Source: Candidatus Methylomirabilia bacterium
GTDB taxonomy: Bacteria > Methylomirabilota > Methylomirabilia > Rokubacteriales > CSP1-6
Length of the DNA stretch: 64,000 bases
NCBI GenBank assembly: GCA_041492755.1
Contig: JBGPXN010000003.1
Coordinates: forward strand, 13,180 to 77,179
Reading direction: 5' to 3'
The notes beneath the pieces are model-generated. The model had not been told where the DNA came from. It saw nothing but the letters and a program-made list of their open reading frames with translations, and did no database searches. The position numbers were made by a program, and so were the translations under genes. Of this stretch, positions 22,953-32,963 are shown one piece after another. How positions within the stretch are numbered: the stretch's first letter is position 1; each line of letters begins with the position of its first letter.

Positions 22953-24238
22953 GCGCTCCCGTCATCCACGCCTGCTACACGGCCGGCCTCACCGTCGCGC
23001 TCGCGGCCTACGCGCCCGTGGCCGTCTACCGGCGGCTGACGCGCGGGGTGCGTATGAACCTGCGCGAGCGGTTTGGTCTCGGCGCCACCGCCGGGACCGG
23101 GCGCTGCGGGTGGATCCACGCCGTCTCGGTGGGCGAGGCGCTGGCCGCGGCGCCGCTGGTGGATGGCTTGCGCCGCGCCTATCCCGAGCTGCCGCTCGTG
23201 GTCACCACCGTGACGGAGACGGGCGCGCGTATCGTGCGGGAGCGGTTCGCGGGCGCGGCGACGCATCGCTTTTTCCCGCTCGACTTCCCCGGCGCCGCGC
23301 GGCGCGTGGTGGCGGCGCTCGATCCGCTGTTCCTCGTGTGCATGGAGACGGAGATCTGGCCAAACACGCTGCGCACCGTCGCCAATCGTGGCGTGCCGGT
23401 CATGATCGCCAATGGACGGCTCTCCGATCGCTCGTTCCCGGGCTACCGGCGCGTGCGGCGGTTCTTGCGACCCGTGTTGGAGTACGTCCGGGTCTTCGGC
23501 ATGCGTTCGGAAGAGGACGCGCGGCGAATGATCGCGCTCGGCGCGCCGCCCGAGCGCGTGTTCGTCACCGGCAACCTCAAGCACGAGCCGATGCCGGACG
23601 CGGCCGGGATCACCGACCTCTGGCGCCGGCTGCTCGGGCTGGCCCCGCACCAGCCGCTATGGATCGCCGGCAGCACGCACGAGGGCGAGGAAGGGGTCGT
23701 GCTCGATGCGCACCGGCGCGTGCGCGCCGACCATCCCGATCTCGTGCTCGCCATCGCGCCCCGCCGGCCGGAGCGGGTGGACGACGTCGTGAGGCTGGTC
23801 GAGGCGCGCGGGTGGAAGGCGACGCGACGGAGCGAGCTGCCGCGAACGGGACCGCGATCCGAAGTGATCGTCGTCGATACCGTGGGCGAGCTGGCGCAGA
23901 TGTACACGGTGGCCGAGGTGATCTTCGTGGGCGGCAGTCTGGTTCCCCGGGGCGGCCACAACATGATCGAGGCGGCGCTCCGCAGCAAGCCGACCCTCTA
24001 TGGTCCGCACACGACGAACTTCCGCGAGGCGGCCGCGCTGCTCGTCGACGCCGGCGCGGCCGCCATCGTCCGTGATGCGGCCGAGCTCGCCCGCATCCTC
24101 GGTCAGTTGCTTGCCGATCCCGAGGGCCGCGCGCGGTGGGGGGCGTCCGGCTACGCGGCGGTGGCGGCACGCCACGGCGCGGTGAGAGAGACGCTCGGTC
24201 TGATCGACCGGTTCCTGATGCCGCGGGCCGCGCGATGA
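22949..24238 (+). CDS. waaA: Kdo transferase
   Basis: WIHAVSVGE, ETEIWPN, NGRLSDRS, GNLK, AGSTHEGEE, DTVGEL, GGHN. Confidence 0.95.
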   Translation: MSAPVIHACYTAGLTVALAAYAPVAVYRRLTRGVRMNLRERFGLGATAGTGRCGWIHAVSVGEALAAAPLVDGLRRAYPELPLVVTTVTETGARIVRERFAGAATHRFFPLDFPGAARRVVAALDPLFLVCMETEIWPNTLRTVANRGVPVMIANGRLSDRSFPGYRRVRRFLRPVLEYVRVFGMRSEEDARRMIALGAPPERVFVTGNLKHEPMPDAAGITDLWRRLLGLAPHQPLWIAGSTHEGEEGVVLDAHRRVRADHPDLVLAIAPRRPERVDDVVRLVEARGWKATRRSELPRTGPRSEVIVVDTVGELAQMYTVAEVIFVGGSLVPRGGHNMIEAALRSKPTLYGPHTTNFREAAALLVDAGAAAIVRDAAELARILGQLLADPEGRARWGASGYAAVAARHGAVRETLGLIDRFLMPRAAR

Positions 24239-25332
24239 GCCGCGAGCGGGCCGCCGCCCGCCTGCTCCACGGATGGGAACACGGGTTCCCGCCCGGCCCT
24301 GGCCTCGTCATGACGGCGCTATCCGGGGGCTATCGCTCACTGCTGGGCGCCCGCGAATGGCTCTACGGCCGCCACGTGCTCCACTCGCGGGCGCTGCCGT
24401 GCCCGGTCGTCTCCATCGGCAACCTGACCGTCGGTGGAACGGGAAAAACGCCCGCGGTGGAGCTGGCGGTCCGCACGCTCGCGGATCTCGGTCACCATCC
24501 GGCGGTCATCAGCCGGGGATACCGGCGCCGTTCGAGCGGCGTGCAGATCGTGGCGGACACCGCGTCGATCCGGCTGGACCCGGAAGACGCGGGGGACGAG
24601 CCGTTCCTGCTCGCGCGGAGATTGCCCGGCGTGCCCGTCGTGGTCGGTAGCCATCGGTACGAAGCCGCGCGGGTCGCCGTGGACCGCTTCGGCGCCACCG
24701 CGATCGTGCTGGACGACGGCTTTCAGCACCGGACGCTGCACAAGGACCTCGAAGTGGTGATGGTCCGCGCCGAGCGGCCGTGGGGCAACGGTCGCCTCCT
24801 CCCGAGCGGCCCCCTGCGCGAGCCGCTGGCGGCGCTCGCCCGCGCGCACCTGGTTCTCGCGACCGGCCTCGCGGAGCCGGTGGACCTCGGCGCCGTGTCG
24901 GCGACCGTAGCCCGTTACGCCCCCGGTGTCCCGGTGCTCGCGGCTCGATACGCCGCGGTCGAATGCTGGGAGGCGTCCCGCATGCGGACGGTGGCGTTGG
25001 CGCAGCTCTCGGGCCAGCGCCTGCTCGGCTTTGCCGGTATCGCGAGCCCGAGGGCGTTCCGCGCCACCCTCGACACGCTCGGCGTGGCCGCATCGGAGCT
25101 GGTGATTTTTGCCGATCACCACTGGTATACGGCGGCCGACGTGGGCGCGCTCGACACGCGCGCGGAACGGGCGGGCGCCGACGGCCTCGTCACCACCGAA
25201 AAGGACTGGGTGCGGCTGCGCACCTTGCCGTTACCGGGCCGCCCGCTCTACGTCGTGAGCGTGCGGTTGGAGTTCGTCGCCGGCGAGGACGGCTGGCGCC
25301 GCGCCTTCGAGGACGCGTGCCCGACTCGCTGA
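24235..25332 (+). CDS. lpxK: Tetraacyldisaccharide 4'-kinase
   Basis: ATG 24235; SIGNLTVGGTGKTP, SRGY, GDEP, LDDGFQH, TTEKD. Confidence 0.95.
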   Translation: MSRERAAARLLHGWEHGFPPGPGLVMTALSGGYRSLLGAREWLYGRHVLHSRALPCPVVSIGNLTVGGTGKTPAVELAVRTLADLGHHPAVISRGYRRRSSGVQIVADTASIRLDPEDAGDEPFLLARRLPGVPVVVGSHRYEAARVAVDRFGATAIVLDDGFQHRTLHKDLEVVMVRAERPWGNGRLLPSGPLREPLAALARAHLVLATGLAEPVDLGAVSATVARYAPGVPVLAARYAAVECWEASRMRTVALAQLSGQRLLGFAGIASPRAFRATLDTLGVAASELVIFADHHWYTAADVGALDTRAERAGADGLVTTEKDWVRLRTLPLPGRPLYVVSVRLEFVAGEDGWRRAFEDACPTR

Positions 25333-26330
25333 TCGTGCGGCTGCCGAACTGGCTCGGCGACACCGTCATGGCGGTCCCGACGTTGCGTGCCCTGCGCGAG
25401 GCGTATCCCGACGGGCGCGCGGCGCTGGCCGGACCGTGGGCGCCGCTCCTGGCGGGGCAGGGGCTGGCGGATACCCTGGTCACGTATCCGCGCGCGTGGC
25501 TCGGCCGGTTGCGCATGGCGGACGCGGTGGGCGCGCTCGGCGCCGACGTCGCGCTGGTGCTTCCCAACTCGTTCGAGGCGGCGCTGGCGGCGCGCTACTG
25601 GGGCGCCCGCCGTCGCGTCGGGTTCGCGACGGGCGGGCGGCGCCGCCTGCTGACGGACCCGGTGGCCCTGCCGTTTCCACGCCGGCATCAGATCGACGAG
25701 TATCTCTCGCTGCTGGCGCCGCTCGGCGTGCCGGCCGCGGACGCGACGCCACGGCTCTCGCCACCCGAGCCGCAGTCGGAGGCGCGACGCGCGGCGCGCG
25801 CGCTGCTGGATGAAGTCGGCGCCACGGCCGGAGCCCCCCTCGTCGGCGTTCACCTGGGTGCGGCGTTCGGCGCCTCGAAGATCTGGCCCGCCGAGCACGT
25901 GGCCGCGTTCTGTGCCGAGGTCGGGGGCGCCGGGGCCGTTTCTGTGCTCCTCGGCACCACCGCCGACCGACCGCGCGCCGCCGAAGTGATGCGCCCCGCG
26001 CCGGTGCCGAGCCTCGTCGGCCGCGATCGGCCCGAGATGCTGACGGCACTGCTCGCGGAACTCGACGTGCTCGTGTGCGGTGACACCGGCGTCGGCCACC
26101 TCGCGGCCGCGCTCGGCATTCCAGTGGTTGCGCTGTTCGGGCCGACCGATCCTAGGCTGACCGCGCCGCGTGGTCGGGGGGAGGTCCTCGCGCATCCCGT
26201 GCCGTGCGCGCCGTGTTTCCTGCGTGCGTGCCCCATCGAGCACCCGTGTCTGCGCGGGCTCGCCCCGGCCCTGGTGGCGGAGCGCGCGCTCGCGCTGGTG
26301 GCCGCGGACACCGGAGGCCCACGTCGGTGA
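25317..26330 (+). CDS. waaF: LPS heptosyltransferase II (GT9)
   Basis: GTG 25317; RLPNWLGD.VMA.P, LPNSF, GA.FG.SK.WP, DTG..HLAAA, LFGPT, C.PC...CP..H.C. Confidence 0.88.
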   Translation: MPDSLIVRLPNWLGDTVMAVPTLRALREAYPDGRAALAGPWAPLLAGQGLADTLVTYPRAWLGRLRMADAVGALGADVALVLPNSFEAALAARYWGARRRVGFATGGRRRLLTDPVALPFPRRHQIDEYLSLLAPLGVPAADATPRLSPPEPQSEARRAARALLDEVGATAGAPLVGVHLGAAFGASKIWPAEHVAAFCAEVGGAGAVSVLLGTTADRPRAAEVMRPAPVPSLVGRDRPEMLTALLAELDVLVCGDTGVGHLAAALGIPVVALFGPTDPRLTAPRGRGEVLAHPVPCAPCFLRACPIEHPCLRGLAPALVAERALALVAADTGGPRR

Positions 26331-27442
26331 GCGGCCTGACCGTGCTGCACCTCGCCACCAATCGCTGGTGGACCGGCAGCGCGGATCCGGTGCTCCAGCT
26401 CGTCGCCGGGTTGCGCGGCCTCGGTCATCGCGCGCTGCTGGCCGTCACGCCCGGCGACCGGTTCGAGACGAAAGCGCGGGAAGCCGGTGTCGACCCGCTG
26501 CCGGGGTTTCGGCTGGAGGCCCGGCTCGCGCCGGTGAGCGTCGCCCGCGATCTCCGCCTGCTCCGTCACGTGATCGAGCAGGAGGGCGTCGACGTGGTCC
26601 ATGCCCACCACTCCCACGATCACTGGCTCGCGCTGGCCGCGACACGACCGAGGCGTGGACGCCCGGTGCCGGTGGCGCGGACGTTCCACAATCACCGGGC
26701 GGTCAAGCGCGACTGGGCGTCCCGCTGGCTCTACCGTCGGACGGCCGCCGTGTTCGCGGTGTCGCGTCAGATCGAGGCGCGCTGCCGCACGGCGGGCCTG
26801 GCCGCGGCGTCGGTGTTCTGGATCCCCGGTGTCGTCGATCTGTCGCGGTTCCAGTCGGGCGGCGATCCCGCGCCGATCCGCGAGGAGCTCAAGCTGGGGG
26901 CGGCGCCGGTGATCGCCTGCGTCTCCCGTCTGGCCGCCAACCGCGGCCACGAGCTGCTGCTCGAGGGGTTTCGTCGCTTGCTCGCCACGCTGCCCGAGGC
27001 GCGGCTGCTGATCGTCGGCAAGGGCGAGACGCGCCCACGGCTCGAGCAGCTCGTGGCCGAGATGGAGCTGACCGACCGGGTGGTGTTCACCGGCTATCGC
27101 GATCGTGATCTCCCGCTCGTGCTGGCGGCAGCCGACTGCTTCGCGCTGATGGGCGCGGGATCCGACGAATCGTGTCGGGCGGCGCTCGAAGCCATGGCCG
27201 CGGGCCGGCCCGTCGTGGCCCGAAACGTCGGCGCGCTCCCGGAGACCGTCGTTGACGGGGAGACGGGCCTGCTCGTCGCCGACGATACCCCCGAGGCCGT
27301 GGCCACCGCGCTCGGCGCCGTCCTGCGCGACCGTGCGCGTGCGGAGCGCATGGGCGCGGCGGGCCGGCGACGCGCCGAGACGGAGTACGATCCGCTGCGC
27401 GCGGTGACGATCGTCGAAGCAGCGTACCGGCGCCTGGTATGA
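26327..27442 (+). CDS. GT4 family glycosyltransferase (LPS core)
   Basis: GTG 26327; VVHAH, GT-B fold, LEAMAAG.PVV...VG.LPE.V.DGETG. Confidence 0.85.
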   Translation: MSGLTVLHLATNRWWTGSADPVLQLVAGLRGLGHRALLAVTPGDRFETKAREAGVDPLPGFRLEARLAPVSVARDLRLLRHVIEQEGVDVVHAHHSHDHWLALAATRPRRGRPVPVARTFHNHRAVKRDWASRWLYRRTAAVFAVSRQIEARCRTAGLAAASVFWIPGVVDLSRFQSGGDPAPIREELKLGAAPVIACVSRLAANRGHELLLEGFRRLLATLPEARLLIVGKGETRPRLEQLVAEMELTDRVVFTGYRDRDLPLVLAAADCFALMGAGSDESCRAALEAMAAGRPVVARNVGALPETVVDGETGLLVADDTPEAVATALGAVLRDRARAERMGAAGRRRAETEYDPLRAVTIVEAAYRRLV

Positions 27443-28554
27443 GGGTCCTGCACCTCATGTCCTGCCGGGGCTGGTCGTCCGACGCGTACTGGACGGCGCG
27501 CGCGGCGCGTGAGCTGGCGCGGCGCGGCCACGAGGTCGCCGTCGGCTGCCGGGCCGGCACCGAAGAACGTGTGATCAGGCGGCTCCGCGCCGAAGGCGTC
27601 GAGCGCACCGAGACGTTCGCGTTCTCCAGCGGGCTCAAGCCCGGGGCCGACGTCGCCGATCTCCGCCGGCTGCTCGGGTGGCTGCCGCGAACGGACATCG
27701 TCCACGTGCATCGCGGCAAGGAGCACTGGCTGGCCGCGGCGGCGAACCGCTTGAGTCGGTCGCCGCGTCCCGTCGTCCGTACGCGCCACATCGCGCAGGC
27801 CGTACGTCCGCACGCGGCCAATCGCTGGCTCTATGGCCAGGCCACCGCGCTCGTGCTCACGGTGACCGAGGCGATCCGGCGTCAATACCTCGCGGCCGGG
27901 CTCGTGGCGCCGGACCGCGTGGTGACCGTTCACGGGGGCGCCGACGGCGACGGGTACCCCACGGCCGGCCGGGACGACGGTGTGCGGCGCGCGCTGGGCG
28001 CCGCTCCCGGTGAGCTGCTGATCGGCGTGGTCGGCGGGCTGCGCGTCATGAAGGGACATCGTATCGTGATCGACGCCGCGGCCATGCTCACGGCGCGCGG
28101 GCATCGGCCGCGATGGGCGTTCGTGGGACAGGGCAGCATGGAACGGGCGCTCACCGAGGCGATCCGGGCGAAGAAGCTCGACGGCCACGTGACCATGACG
28201 GGGTTTGTCGCCGATCTGCCCGCCGTGATGCGCGCGCTCGACGTTGCGCTCTACGTCCCGCTCGAGTCCGACGGCATGTCCCGGGTGCTCTTCGAATATC
28301 TCGCCGCCGGCCGCGCCGTCGTCGCGTCCCGGGTCGGCGCCGTGCCCGAGACGCTCACGGACGGTGATCACGCGCTGCTGGTCCCGGCCGGCGACGCGCC
28401 GGCGCTCGCCCTGGCGATCGAGTGGCTGCTTCCCGATGCCGGGTTACGGGCGCGACTGGGCGAAGCGGGCCGGCGCCTGGTGCTCGAGCGGTATTCGGGC
28501 GCCCGGGTGGCGGCCACGCTCGAGACGCACTACGCGCGGCTCGCCGCCTCCTGA
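27439..28554 (+). CDS. GT4 family glycosyltransferase (LPS core)
   Basis: MRVLHL, KGH, DG.SRVLFEYLAAG..VVASRVG..PE. Confidence 0.85.
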   Translation: MRVLHLMSCRGWSSDAYWTARAARELARRGHEVAVGCRAGTEERVIRRLRAEGVERTETFAFSSGLKPGADVADLRRLLGWLPRTDIVHVHRGKEHWLAAAANRLSRSPRPVVRTRHIAQAVRPHAANRWLYGQATALVLTVTEAIRRQYLAAGLVAPDRVVTVHGGADGDGYPTAGRDDGVRRALGAAPGELLIGVVGGLRVMKGHRIVIDAAAMLTARGHRPRWAFVGQGSMERALTEAIRAKKLDGHVTMTGFVADLPAVMRALDVALYVPLESDGMSRVLFEYLAAGRAVVASRVGAVPETLTDGDHALLVPAGDAPALALAIEWLLPDAGLRARLGEAGRRLVLERYSGARVAATLETHYARLAAS

Positions 28555-28561
28555 GACCGGC

Positions 28562-29695
28562 CTGGCCAGGATCTCCGTCCTCTCCTTCGATCTGTCCGAC
28601 AACGCGAGCGGCCGCGCCGAGCTGCTGGCCCGTCTCCTTGCTTCGCGCCACGAGGTCGCGGTGGTGGGACCGCGGTTCGGCAATGCGGTGTGGGCGCCGA
28701 TCGCGGCGAGCGTAATCGCCCACCGCAGTGTCCCCGCCGGGCGCTATCCCCGTTTCGCGGGCGCCGTCCCCGCGCTGCTTCGGCTCGTCGACGGTGAGCT
28801 CATCTATGCGTCGAAGCCGCGGCCCACCAGCTTCGGTCTGGGGCTGCTCGCCCGCGCGCGGCGGCGGCGGCCGCTGCTGCTCGACATCGACGACTGGGAA
28901 GTCGGCTTCTTCAAGCGCGGGGGCGCGTGGGGGGGAATCGGACGCGCGCTCAATCTCGGCGATCCCAACGGGCTGAGCTGGACGTGGCTCTGCGAGCGCG
29001 CGGTTCGAGCCGCCGACGGCGTCACGGTGGCATCGCGATTCCTCGAGCAGCGATTCGGCGGCACGTTCGTGACCCACGTGCGCGACACCGAGGCCTGGGA
29101 TCCCACGCGCCACGACGGCGCCGCGATCCGCGCCCGGCTCGACGTCGGACGGCGGCGGCTCGTCATGTTCCTCGGCACGCCGCGCGCCTACAAAGGCGTC
29201 GACGATCTCGTGGAGGCGGTTGGCCGGCTCGGCGCCGACGTCGCGCTGGCCCTGGTGGGTGTCGACTCGGCGTCGGCGGCCGCGCGCCGGTGGTTCGAGC
29301 GCCCATTCGTTCGCCTGGTGGGCCCGGTGCCGTTCGATGAGGTGCCGGACTATCTCGCGGCCGCCGACGTCGTGGTGGTGCCCCAGCGCGCGAGCACGGA
29401 CACGCTCGGCCAGGTGCCGGCCAAGCTCATCGACGCGATGGCCCTGGCGCGCCCCGTCGTGGCGACGGCGGTGTCGATGATTCCCGAAATCCTGGACGGC
29501 TGCGGGGTCGTGGTGGCGCCGGGCGACGTCGGCGCGTTGGGCGAGGGGATTCGCTCATTGCTGGCCGATCCCGGGCGCGCGGCCGCCCTCGGCGCCCGCG
29601 CGCGCGCCCGCTGCGTGGAACGCTACAGCTTCGCCGCCGCGCGCGCCGTCCTGTTCCCCCTCGTCGACGGTCTGCTGGAGCGGCCGCGCGCGTGA
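28562..29695 (+). CDS. GT4 family glycosyltransferase; start probably CTG at 28562
   Basis: LARISVLSFD N-terminal strand, KG.DDL, P.KL.DAMA...PVV.T.V. Confidence 0.8.
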   Translation: MARISVLSFDLSDNASGRAELLARLLASRHEVAVVGPRFGNAVWAPIAASVIAHRSVPAGRYPRFAGAVPALLRLVDGELIYASKPRPTSFGLGLLARARRRRPLLLDIDDWEVGFFKRGGAWGGIGRALNLGDPNGLSWTWLCERAVRAADGVTVASRFLEQRFGGTFVTHVRDTEAWDPTRHDGAAIRARLDVGRRRLVMFLGTPRAYKGVDDLVEAVGRLGADVALALVGVDSASAAARRWFERPFVRLVGPVPFDEVPDYLAAADVVVVPQRASTDTLGQVPAKLIDAMALARPVVATAVSMIPEILDGCGVVVAPGDVGALGEGIRSLLADPGRAAALGARARARCVERYSFAAARAVLFPLVDGLLERPRA

Positions 29696-29714
29696 TGACG
29701 CCGGCGCGGCGCTC

Positions 29715-30821
29715 GTGAGACTGCTCGTCATCGCGCGGCCATTCGTCTTCCACGGCGGCGTCGAGCGCGCCACCGCCGGTCTCGTCGCCGCGCTCCGCGA
29801 GCACGGTCACGAGATCGAGATCCTGTGCCCGCCCGGCCAGGCCCCGGTCGCGGGCGTGACGATTCGCCGGCTCCCGCTGCCGCCGCTACCCGCGACGGTG
29901 CGCGTGCTGGCCTTCGCCGCCGCGGCCAGAGTGGCCGTGGCCGGCGGCCGCTGGGACGTGATCCAGAGCCACGAGCGAACGCTGCGCCAGGACATCTACC
30001 GCGCGGGCGAAGGGTGCCACCGTGGGTATCTCGCCACCCGGGAGCCGCGCGGCGGGCGCGGCCTCTATCATCGCGTCGTGCTCGCGCTCGAGCGCCGCAC
30101 GCTGACGTCGACGCCGTGGATCGTCGCCATCGCCCGGCGTGGCAAGCAGGAGGTGGAAGCGCTCTACGGTGTAAACCCCGAACGGGTCACCGTCGTCTAT
30201 AACGGTGTGGACCTCGAGCGCTTTCACCCCCGAAACCGCGACCGGCATCGTGCGACCACGCGTGCCGAGACCGGGCTGCCGGCCGGCGCGTGGGCGCTGC
30301 TGTTCATCGGCAGCGGCTTCGAGCGCAAAGGTCTCGCGCAGGCGATCGGGGCGTTGGGCGCACTGCGGGATCGCCACAGCCGGCTGATGGTCGTGGGCAA
30401 GGGTGACCCCGCGGCGTATCGCGCGCTCGCCGAACGGCTCGGCGTCGCCGCGCGGGTGTGCTGGCTCGGTGCGCGCCCGGATCCGGAGCGCTGGTACGCC
30501 GCCGCCGACGTCCTCGTGCTTCCCGCGCGCTACGAGCCGTTCGGCAACGTGCACCTGGAAGCGCTCGCCTCCGGGCTGCCGGTGATCGCGAGCCCGGCTG
30601 CCGGCGGGAGCGAGCTCATCGAGCCGGGCCGGAACGGCGCCGTGGTGGATCCAACGAAGCCCGAAGCCATCGCGGCCGAGATCGAACGTCTTCGGGATGC
30701 CGCCGTCGTCGAGACGACAGCGGCGGCGCGGCGATCCGCGGAGCCGTTCACCTACGCGGCGCAGGTGGCGGGGTTCGAGCGACTCTATCGGCGGTGCGCG
30801 CCAAACGCTGGTTTCGCTTGA
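29715..30821 (+). CDS. GT4 glycosyltransferase, WaaG/RfaG-like
   Basis: GGVER, QSHER, DIYRAGEGCH, GSGFERKGL, YEPFGNVHLEALASG. Confidence 0.85.
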   Translation: MRLLVIARPFVFHGGVERATAGLVAALREHGHEIEILCPPGQAPVAGVTIRRLPLPPLPATVRVLAFAAAARVAVAGGRWDVIQSHERTLRQDIYRAGEGCHRGYLATREPRGGRGLYHRVVLALERRTLTSTPWIVAIARRGKQEVEALYGVNPERVTVVYNGVDLERFHPRNRDRHRATTRAETGLPAGAWALLFIGSGFERKGLAQAIGALGALRDRHSRLMVVGKGDPAAYRALAERLGVAARVCWLGARPDPERWYAAADVLVLPARYEPFGNVHLEALASGLPVIASPAAGGSELIEPGRNGAVVDPTKPEAIAAEIERLRDAAVVETTAAARRSAEPFTYAAQVAGFERLYRRCAPNAGFA

Positions 30822-30847
30822 GCAATCCGTGGGGTTGGCCGTACACT
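30818..30847 (+). promoter_or_regulatory. Putative internal sigma70 promoter for gmhB
   Basis: TTGAGC (30818-30823), 18 nt, TACACT (30842-30847), 6 nt before GTG 30854. Confidence 0.5.
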
Positions 30848-30853
30848 GCCGGG

Positions 30854-31435
30854 GTGGTATCGCGACCGGCCGTCTTCATCGATCGCGACGGGACCCTCAC
30901 CGACGAGGTCGGCTACGTCAACCATCCCTCACGCCTCCGGCTTTTGCCGCGCTCGGCCGAAGCGGTGCGCCGCTTGAACGCGGCGGGCGTGGCGGCGGTG
31001 GTGGCGACCAACCAGGGCGGGTTGGCCCGTGGGTATTTCTCCAAGGACGTCCTCGAAGCGGTCCACGAGCGGCTGATCAACATGCTCGCCCGTGAGCGCG
31101 CTCGCCTCGACGGCCTGTACGTGTGCACGCACCATCCGACGGAGGGCGAGCCGCCCTTTCGTGCCGACTGCGACTGCCGCAAGCCGCGCCCGGGGCTCCT
31201 GCTCCGCGCCGCCGCCGATCTCGATCTCGACCTCGTCGCCTCCGTCGTGGTCGGCGACACACCCTCCGACCTCGCGGCCGCGCAGGCGGTCGGCGCGCGT
31301 GGCGTGCTCGTGCTGACCGGCTACGGACTCGGTGAGTGGGAGTACCGTCGCGAGCACTTCGCGGTGGAGCCCCATCACGTCGCCGGCGACCTGCTCGACG
31401 CCGTCGAGTGGGTGCTGGCCGGACGCGCCCGATGA
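30854..31435 (+). CDS. gmhB: D-glycero-manno-heptose-1,7-bisphosphate phosphatase
   Basis: FIDRDGT, TNQ.G.ARG, C.HHP......C.CRKP.PG, VGD..SD. Confidence 0.92.
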   Translation: MVSRPAVFIDRDGTLTDEVGYVNHPSRLRLLPRSAEAVRRLNAAGVAAVVATNQGGLARGYFSKDVLEAVHERLINMLARERARLDGLYVCTHHPTEGEPPFRADCDCRKPRPGLLLRAAADLDLDLVASVVVGDTPSDLAAAQAVGARGVLVLTGYGLGEWEYRREHFAVEPHHVAGDLLDAVEWVLAGRAR

Positions 31436-32442
31436 TCGCCGAAGGCACGCGCCTGCGCGCCATCGCCGATACGTTTGCGAGCCGCACGCTCGTGGTGGTC
31501 GGCGATCTCATCGCGGACGAGTACCTCATCGGCAAGCCCGCGCGGATCTCGCGCGAGGCGCCCGTCATCATCCTGAAGTTCACGGAGCGCGACGTGCGTC
31601 TGGGCGGTAGCGCCAACGCCACCCATAACGTGCACGCCCTCGGCGCGCGCGCGATCCCGGTCGGCGTGGTGGGACGCGATCGCGAGGGGGACGAGGTGCA
31701 GGCGCTCCTCCGGTTGGCGGGGATTCCGACCGATGGCGTGGTCGTGGATGCGAACCGGCCGACGCCGGTGAAGACTCGCATCATGGCCGGCGGGTATCAG
31801 GCGACGCGCCAGCAGGTGGTCCGTCTCGACCGTGAGCCGGATGGCGACTTGCCGCCGGGCGTCGAAGACGCGCTGGTGACCCGGCTCACCACGCTGGCCG
31901 CGAGCGCGGACGGCATCGTGATCTCAGACTACGGCTACGGCACGGTCACGCCGCGGCTGGTGGAGCGGATCAAATGGCTGGCGGCCCGGCACGATACCGT
32001 CATCACCGTGGACAGCCGGTACGACCTGCCGCGCTTCACGGGTGTGACCGCGGCCACGCCGAACGAGGCCGAGCTCGCCGAGCTCACCGGCCTGCCGGTA
32101 GACCGCGAGGTCGCGGTGGAGAAGGCGGGCCGCCAGCTCCTCGAACAGCTCGACGCGCGCATGCTCCTGGTGACCCGTGGCAGCCGTGGGATGGCCGTGC
32201 TGGAGCGCGCCGGCGGCAGCGTATTCCTCCCGATCTTCGGCACCGACGAGATCGCCGACGTGACGGGAGCCGGTGACACCGTCATCAGCGCCTTCACCGT
32301 CGCGCTCACCAGCGGCGCCACGCCGATCGAAGCCGCGACCCTCGCCAACATGGCGGGCGGGATCGTGGTGATGAAGCGCGGAACCGCCACCGTCGGCCAT
32401 CGGGAGCTCCGCCAGGCGCTGGACGACCACACCGGCGCGTGA
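31432..32442 (+). CDS. Heptose-7-phosphate kinase (RfaE domain I / HldA)
   Basis: ATG 31432; VVGD...DEY..G...[27 protein letters not shown]. Confidence 0.9.
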   Translation: MIAEGTRLRAIADTFASRTLVVVGDLIADEYLIGKPARISREAPVIILKFTERDVRLGGSANATHNVHALGARAIPVGVVGRDREGDEVQALLRLAGIPTDGVVVDANRPTPVKTRIMAGGYQATRQQVVRLDREPDGDLPPGVEDALVTRLTTLAASADGIVISDYGYGTVTPRLVERIKWLAARHDTVITVDSRYDLPRFTGVTAATPNEAELAELTGLPVDREVAVEKAGRQLLEQLDARMLLVTRGSRGMAVLERAGGSVFLPIFGTDEIADVTGAGDTVISAFTVALTSGATPIEAATLANMAGGIVVMKRGTATVGHRELRQALDDHTGA

Positions 32443-32963
32443 CCGCAGCAGGCGCGCGGGATCCGTCTCGCTCCCCCCCCGGCCATGAGATGACCATCGA
32501 CGAAGCCGCGGCGCTTTCGGACCGGCTGCGGGCCCAGGGTAAGCGTATCGTTCTGGCCAATGGCTGCTTCGATCTGCTGCACGTCGGTCACGTGCGATAC
32601 CTCGAATCGGCGCGCGGGTTGGGTGACGTGCTGTTCGTCGGCATCAATGCCGACGCCGCCGTCGCGCGGCTCAAGGGGCCGGGCCGACCGTTGATGCCGG
32701 CCGGCGAGCGCGCGGAGATGCTGGAGGCGCTGCGCGCCGTCGATCACGTGGTCGTCTTCGAGGAGGACACCGCGGATCGCCTCGTCGCCCGCCTCCGCCC
32801 GCACGTTCACGTGAAAGGGACCGATTACACCCGTGACACGGTGCCGGAGGCGGCCAGCGTGCGGGCGGCGGGCGGCGAAGTCGCCATCGCCGGCGATGCG
32901 AAGGACCACTCGACCCGCGACGTGATCGCCGTCATCGTGGAGCGCTTCGGGAGCCGCCGGTGA
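32439..32963 (+). CDS. Heptose-1-phosphate adenylyltransferase (RfaE domain II / HldC)
   Basis: [26 protein letters not shown]; exact start uncertain (32439 or 32490). Confidence 0.9.
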   Translation: MTAAGARDPSRSPPGHEMTIDEAAALSDRLRAQGKRIVLANGCFDLLHVGHVRYLESARGLGDVLFVGINADAAVARLKGPGRPLMPAGERAEMLEALRAVDHVVVFEEDTADRLVARLRPHVHVKGTDYTRDTVPEAASVRAAGGEVAIAGDAKDHSTRDVIAVIVERFGSRR

